NCBI RefSeq assembly: GCF_000143415.4
Contig: NW_003314261.1
Coordinates: 6,790,817 to 6,854,816 of the forward strand
Direction: 5' to 3'
Length of the DNA stretch: 64,000 bases
From: Selaginella moellendorffii
Lineage: Eukaryota > Plantae > Lycopodiophyta
Positions 59,803-64,000 of this stretch are shown here, piece by piece. The translations under genes and the position numbers were made by a program. The notes under the pieces are model-generated. The model had not been told where the DNA came from and made no database searches. It worked only from the letters and a program-made list of their open reading frames with translations. Positions within the stretch are counted from its first letter, which is position 1. Each line of letters begins with the position of its first letter.

Positions 59803-60075
59803 GAAAATCTTACTCTTGAAAATATCTTTTCACTGTTTGTTGAGTCTGAGGTTTCATCATCTCCTGCAATTGCCCATGCACGGCAATTGTTACGTCGTGT
59901 TATCAAGAGCAACAGTGAAAATGCCCATCTGGTAAATGCTGCAATGGTAAGTATTTCATAGTTGTGAGTCTCATTTTATAGAAATCTACAAATGTGAAAC
60001 TCTTTATGAGTTGAGCTCAAAGTCAATGGTAGTCAATGGAAGCCAAACATAGTCTATGAAGAATGTTATTGACTG

Positions 60076-62274
60076 CTATTGACCTTCATTGACTTGTGAG
60101 GTTCTGGTTAAGTTCTCTCTCTCCCCTGACCACGAACGCAAGTTTGCGAGCAGCACAAAAGTTTGAGCACTACCAGCGTCCATCTCCACCAGAGACCCTG
60201 CTGCTCGAGCCCCGATCTCCACACTGCTTCCGCCGAGCGTGCAACAAGCCGCGAGCAAGCACGTCCACTCGAGAGCGTCCGGGACAAAGGGCATATGAGC
60301 TATGAGATCCTGGCAGTCGACCAGATATCCTGAGCGAGCTAGGAGATCGACCAGGCACGAGTAGTGCTGCTTACTCGGCTTCACGCCGTGATCTGCCACC
60401 ATCGACACGAACAAGTCCCTTCCCACGAAAGCTTTGCCTCCGTGGCTGCAAGCAGCGATCACCGCTGCAAAGCCGGCTCCGTCCGCCATCGCTGCGAGCT
60501 TTGTCTCGTAGAAAATGGAGCAAGCCGCGTGGAAGTGAGCGGCGTTGTGAGCGTAGGCCGAGAGAATGACGCTGTGGGCAATGGTGTCTCGCTCGGGCAT
60601 GCCATCAAAAAGCCTCTTTGCTTCCCGGAGATGGCCGCCGAGTTGCGTGAACAAAACCAGCATAATGCTCCAGGCCACCACGTCCCGCTCTGGCATTCTT
60701 GCGTGAAACATCTCCACTGCGAGCTCGAGGTGGCCGTTTCGAGTGTAAGCGTCGAGCAAGGTGTTGAGCGATACCGAGTTATGTTGCGGCATCGTGTCCA
60801 GGACGTGCTTTGCCTCTTCCACGAATCCCAGGCGAGAATACGCAGCCACCATCGCGCTCGTCGAGACGATATCTCGTTCCGGCATCTCGTCGAAGAGCTG
60901 CCTCGCTTTGCTCAGTTGCCCGCTGTCGCCATATCCCGAGAGCATCGAATTCCAGCACACCAGATTCCTCTGCGGCATTGCATTGTAGATCTCCTCGGCC
61001 TCGCCCACGAAGCCGGTCTGGGCATAAGCTCCCAGCATGATGCTCCACGAAACTATGTCTCGATCGACCATCTCCGAGAACAATCTCTTCGCGTTCTTGA
61101 GCTGCCCGTGCTGAGCAAAAGCGCTGAGACAAGTGTTCCACGAGATCAAGTTGTGGAGCGGCATCTGATCCAGCAGCTCTTTCAACCTTTCCATGTCTCC
61201 AGACTGAGCATATGCAGCTAACATTGCATTCCATGACACGATACTCCTCTCCGACAATCCATCGAATAAGCTCTTGGCATCCTCAACTCGACAAGCTTGG
61301 ACGTAAGCCGAAAGCATCACATTGCTCGCTACAAGATTCTTCTCGGGCATTGTATCCAGCACAATCTTGGCATCTTCCAAATACCCGGCCTGGGCAAATG
61401 CTGCGAGGAGAGCGCTCCAAGACACTATGTCGTGCTCTGGCATCTTACTGAACGCTAGCTTTGGTCTCTCCACGTCTCCATTCTGACTATAAGCCGACAG
61501 AATTGCGTTCCAAGACACTAGATTCGTCTCTGGCATATCGGCAAAGATCCTTACAGCGTCCTCCAGATGCCTGTTCTGGGCATATGCAGCAAGCATGGCA
61601 CTCCACGAGACAATATCCCTCTCAGGCATTGTCAAGAACATCTCCTTTGCTTGGTTAAAACACCCGTGCTGTGAAAAAGCCGAGAGTAACCCATTCCAAG
61701 AGACGAGATTTCTAGCAGGCATTGCATCAAACATCAATGTCGCTTTCTCAAAATGCCCAGTTTGGGCATAAGCAACCACCATCGCGGTCCAGGCCACCAA
61801 ATCTCTCGCAGGCATTTCATCGAACATAGTTTTTGATAACTCGATTCTGCCGTGTTGTGTAAAGATTAGCAGCATTGTCGTCCAGGACACCAAATTTCTC
61901 TGCGGCATCGAATCAAACAACGCCTTGGCTTCATCCAGATGCCCACATTGGGCATATGCAGTAAGAAGAGAGTTCCAAGACACGAGATTCCTGCCTGGCA
62001 TCGAGTGGAATATCTCCCTGGCTTGATCAATCTGGCGGTTCTTGCAGTAGACTGTGAGCATGAGATCCCAGGAGAAACAATCCCTTGTGGCCATGGAATC
62101 AAAGACGAGCAGCGCATCCTCGGCGCTTCCACACCGCCCATACATCTCGATGAGCTTGTTGAGGAGAAAGAGATCAGTGGCATGGATCGCCGATTGGATG
62201 CGCTTGTGGAGCTCCCTTGCGACCGTGATGCTGCGGCATTCCTGGATCAAGCCAAGGCAGTCACTGCGTTTCAT
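60076..62274 (-). CDS. PLS-class PPR protein with E domain, no DYW
   Basis: Long array of ~31-aa MPER.LVSW repeats, HYSCLVDLLARSG, MPFVPDALEWTCLLAAC, FVLLANL. Confidence 0.95.
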   Translation of the reverse strand: MKRSDCLGLIQECRSITVARELHKRIQSAIHATDLFLLNKLIEMYGRCGSAEDALLVFDSMATRDCFSWDLMLTVYCKNRQIDQAREIFHSMPGRNLVSWNSLLTAYAQCGHLDEAKALFDSMPQRNLVSWTTMLLIFTQHGRIELSKTMFDEMPARDLVAWTAMVVAYAQTGHFEKATLMFDAMPARNLVSWNGLLSAFSQHGCFNQAKEMFLTMPERDIVSWSAMLAAYAQNRHLEDAVRIFADMPETNLVSWNAILSAYSQNGDVERPKLAFSKMPEHDIVSWSALLAAFAQAGYLEDAKIVLDTMPEKNLVASNVMLSAYVQACRVEDAKSLFDGLSERSIVSWNAMLAAYAQSGDMERLKELLDQMPLHNLISWNTCLSAFAQHGQLKNAKRLFSEMVDRDIVSWSIMLGAYAQTGFVGEAEEIYNAMPQRNLVCWNSMLSGYGDSGQLSKARQLFDEMPERDIVSTSAMVAAYSRLGFVEEAKHVLDTMPQHNSVSLNTLLDAYTRNGHLELAVEMFHARMPERDVVAWSIMLVLFTQLGGHLREAKRLFDGMPERDTIAHSVILSAYAHNAAHFHAACSIFYETKLAAMADGAGFAAVIAACSHGGKAFVGRDLFVSMVADHGVKPSKQHYSCLVDLLARSGYLVDCQDLIAHMPFVPDALEWTCLLAACCTLGGSSVEIGARAAGSLVEMDAGSAQTFVLLANLRSWSGERENLTRTSQVNEGQ

Positions 62275-62344
62275 TCCATGATATAATTTTGATAAAGAAC
62301 TCGTACGACATGACAGTCAGTGATCTGCCGTACGCTTGGGATCA

Positions 62345-63861
62345 TCATGACGAACCCAGATCATAGAAGTTCTTCTCGAATTTCTCCATGGTGTGTGGCA
62401 TTAGCCCGAGCTTGAGGCAAATCCGGCGCTTATCCATCCCATCCCGCAGCAAGAACAGCACGTCTGGCAGCAACATCGCGACGGGCGTCGCGAATGCCGC
62501 GGCGCCCCACCCGAAATCCAGCTGATCGAACGAGAACCTCGTCCAATCCGACACGATCGTCGTCTGCCGGAAGGATGGCAGCAGCCCGGACGATCCCTTG
62601 ACGCTGTGCGCCGCCCGGAGAGCGTCGATCGATCCCCAGATGTAGTCCTCGGTGACGCTCGCCTTGGCGCTCTGGATCGCGCCCACCACCGCGTGGAATG
62701 GCGCCGAGAGGAGATTCCCCGCGGCGGCGTTGGAGTAGGCCATGATGAATGCGTTGCCCATGAATCGGTGCGGGAGATCGATCTTCGGCCGCGTGTTGAC
62801 GGTGAATTCCAGCAGCGCGCGCTCGCCATCGCCGATCTCCAGGGCCTTGATCCGCGCGAGCCAGGCGTGCGCGGCGAGGACCTCGAATGTGGTGCACGAG
62901 GAGAGAGCGCTGCCCTCGTCGCGATCCATCGCCCTGGCCTTCAATCGCTGGATCATCTCGTCGCTGATGCTCAAGGCCTTGACGCGGCACTTGTGCCGAG
63001 CACCCAAATACTCCTCGATCGATTCGGCAGCGCTGGCACTACCCGGTCGGAGCAGTGGAATCCCCTGGAACCTCTCGCGGTAGAGCTCGCCGAGATCGAT
63101 CGCGCGGTCGGGCTCTTCCGCCTTGATCTTGGGACGGAGGCGCTGGCGGTCCTGACAGGGCGGCTCGATCTCTTCTACCCCTCCTCTCGCCAGCGCCGCC
63201 CAATCCGAGAGGAAATGGAGCGCGCTCAGCCCGTCGAAGAGCTCGTGCCTGGATCCAAATCCAATCACGAAGCCTCCACACCCACATCGCGTCACCTGGA
63301 AAGCCAGCCATGGATCTATCGTGAAGAACACCAAGAACACGACATTTCTACCTGGGCCACGATCAAAGCGGTGTCGGAGCTGGGCGGGATCTTGTACACG
63401 AACTTCTCGAATTCCTGATTCGCGTCGCGCATATCGCCGAAATCGTCGATCCTCGCGTCGGTGGAGGCCTCCACGAGCACCACGCCCTGATCCCCGCAGT
63501 GGAGCTCCGGCTCGCCGGATTCGCCATACCTGATCCTGCCCGCCGCGGGGAAATGCGGCACGAGATTGCGCTCCATGGCGTCGCGGAGGCGATCGAAGAC
63601 GCCGCTATCCCCGCCGGAGCGATAGAAATACAAGCTATACATGAAGAGCGGCGCCTGGCGATCGAGATGCGAGAGATACAAGACCTGGTGGCTCGATTGC
63701 GAGGATTTCGAATAGACGAGGACGGGATCTTCGAGATTGACGATCAGCTCGGCCGTGATCTTGGAGTGCCGGGGCCCTGGATCGTCCTGTTCTTGCTCAT
63801 CCACCGCCATAGCCGGAAATATTTCGAAATCCCGGCCCTCCTCCTGCCTGGATTCTTGCAT
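62345..63861 (-). CDS. BAHD acyltransferase
   Basis: LYLSHLD, PAAGR, conserved intron at Q|VT (63351-63296), HELFD (HxxxD), DFGWG. Start is ATG 63861 or 63810. Confidence 0.93.
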
Positions 63862-64000
63862 CGCAGCGACGCTCGATCGATTGCTGCTGGTCGAAAAGAT
63901 GGAGTGACGATCTTCGTCCCGGCGCACTGGCAAGTAGCGAGGATTTTTGGATTCTACCTCCCAGTGCGAGGCAGGAACTTGTGAGAACAGCTAGCATGGA

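Overview
Gene-dense eukaryotic plant nuclear DNA with about 21 intact genes, mostly 50-70 nt GT-AG introns and often <250 bp between genes. Intron size, PLS-class PPR genes rich in short motifs and algal/bacterial-type genes suggest the lycophyte Selaginella (inference). Recognisable genes are an ABCB transporter, an At5g41620-type coiled-coil protein, an SDR, importin-5, AWPM-19, a NOL11-like protein, SCAI, BASS, PEX12, a VAP, TIM9, an MCTP, two PPRs, a dual-specificity phosphatase, YnfA and a BAHD acyltransferase, plus a decaying tRNA-Gly(UCC) array. Most notable: (1) a secreted papain-fold pseudo-protease with catalytic Cys, His and oxyanion Gln replaced and no prodomain, divergent across a ~7 kb AT-rich relic from an amaranthin-lectin/aerolysin gene; (2) a probably plastid-targeted AsmA-like protein resembling chlamydial proteins; (3) two tandem, reciprocally deleted pseudogenes resembling Crinkler-type nuclease+kinase genes; (4) recurrent W-box clusters with ~10-bp spacing. 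All family calls come from manual motif recognition, not database searches. Exon boundaries were read by eye.
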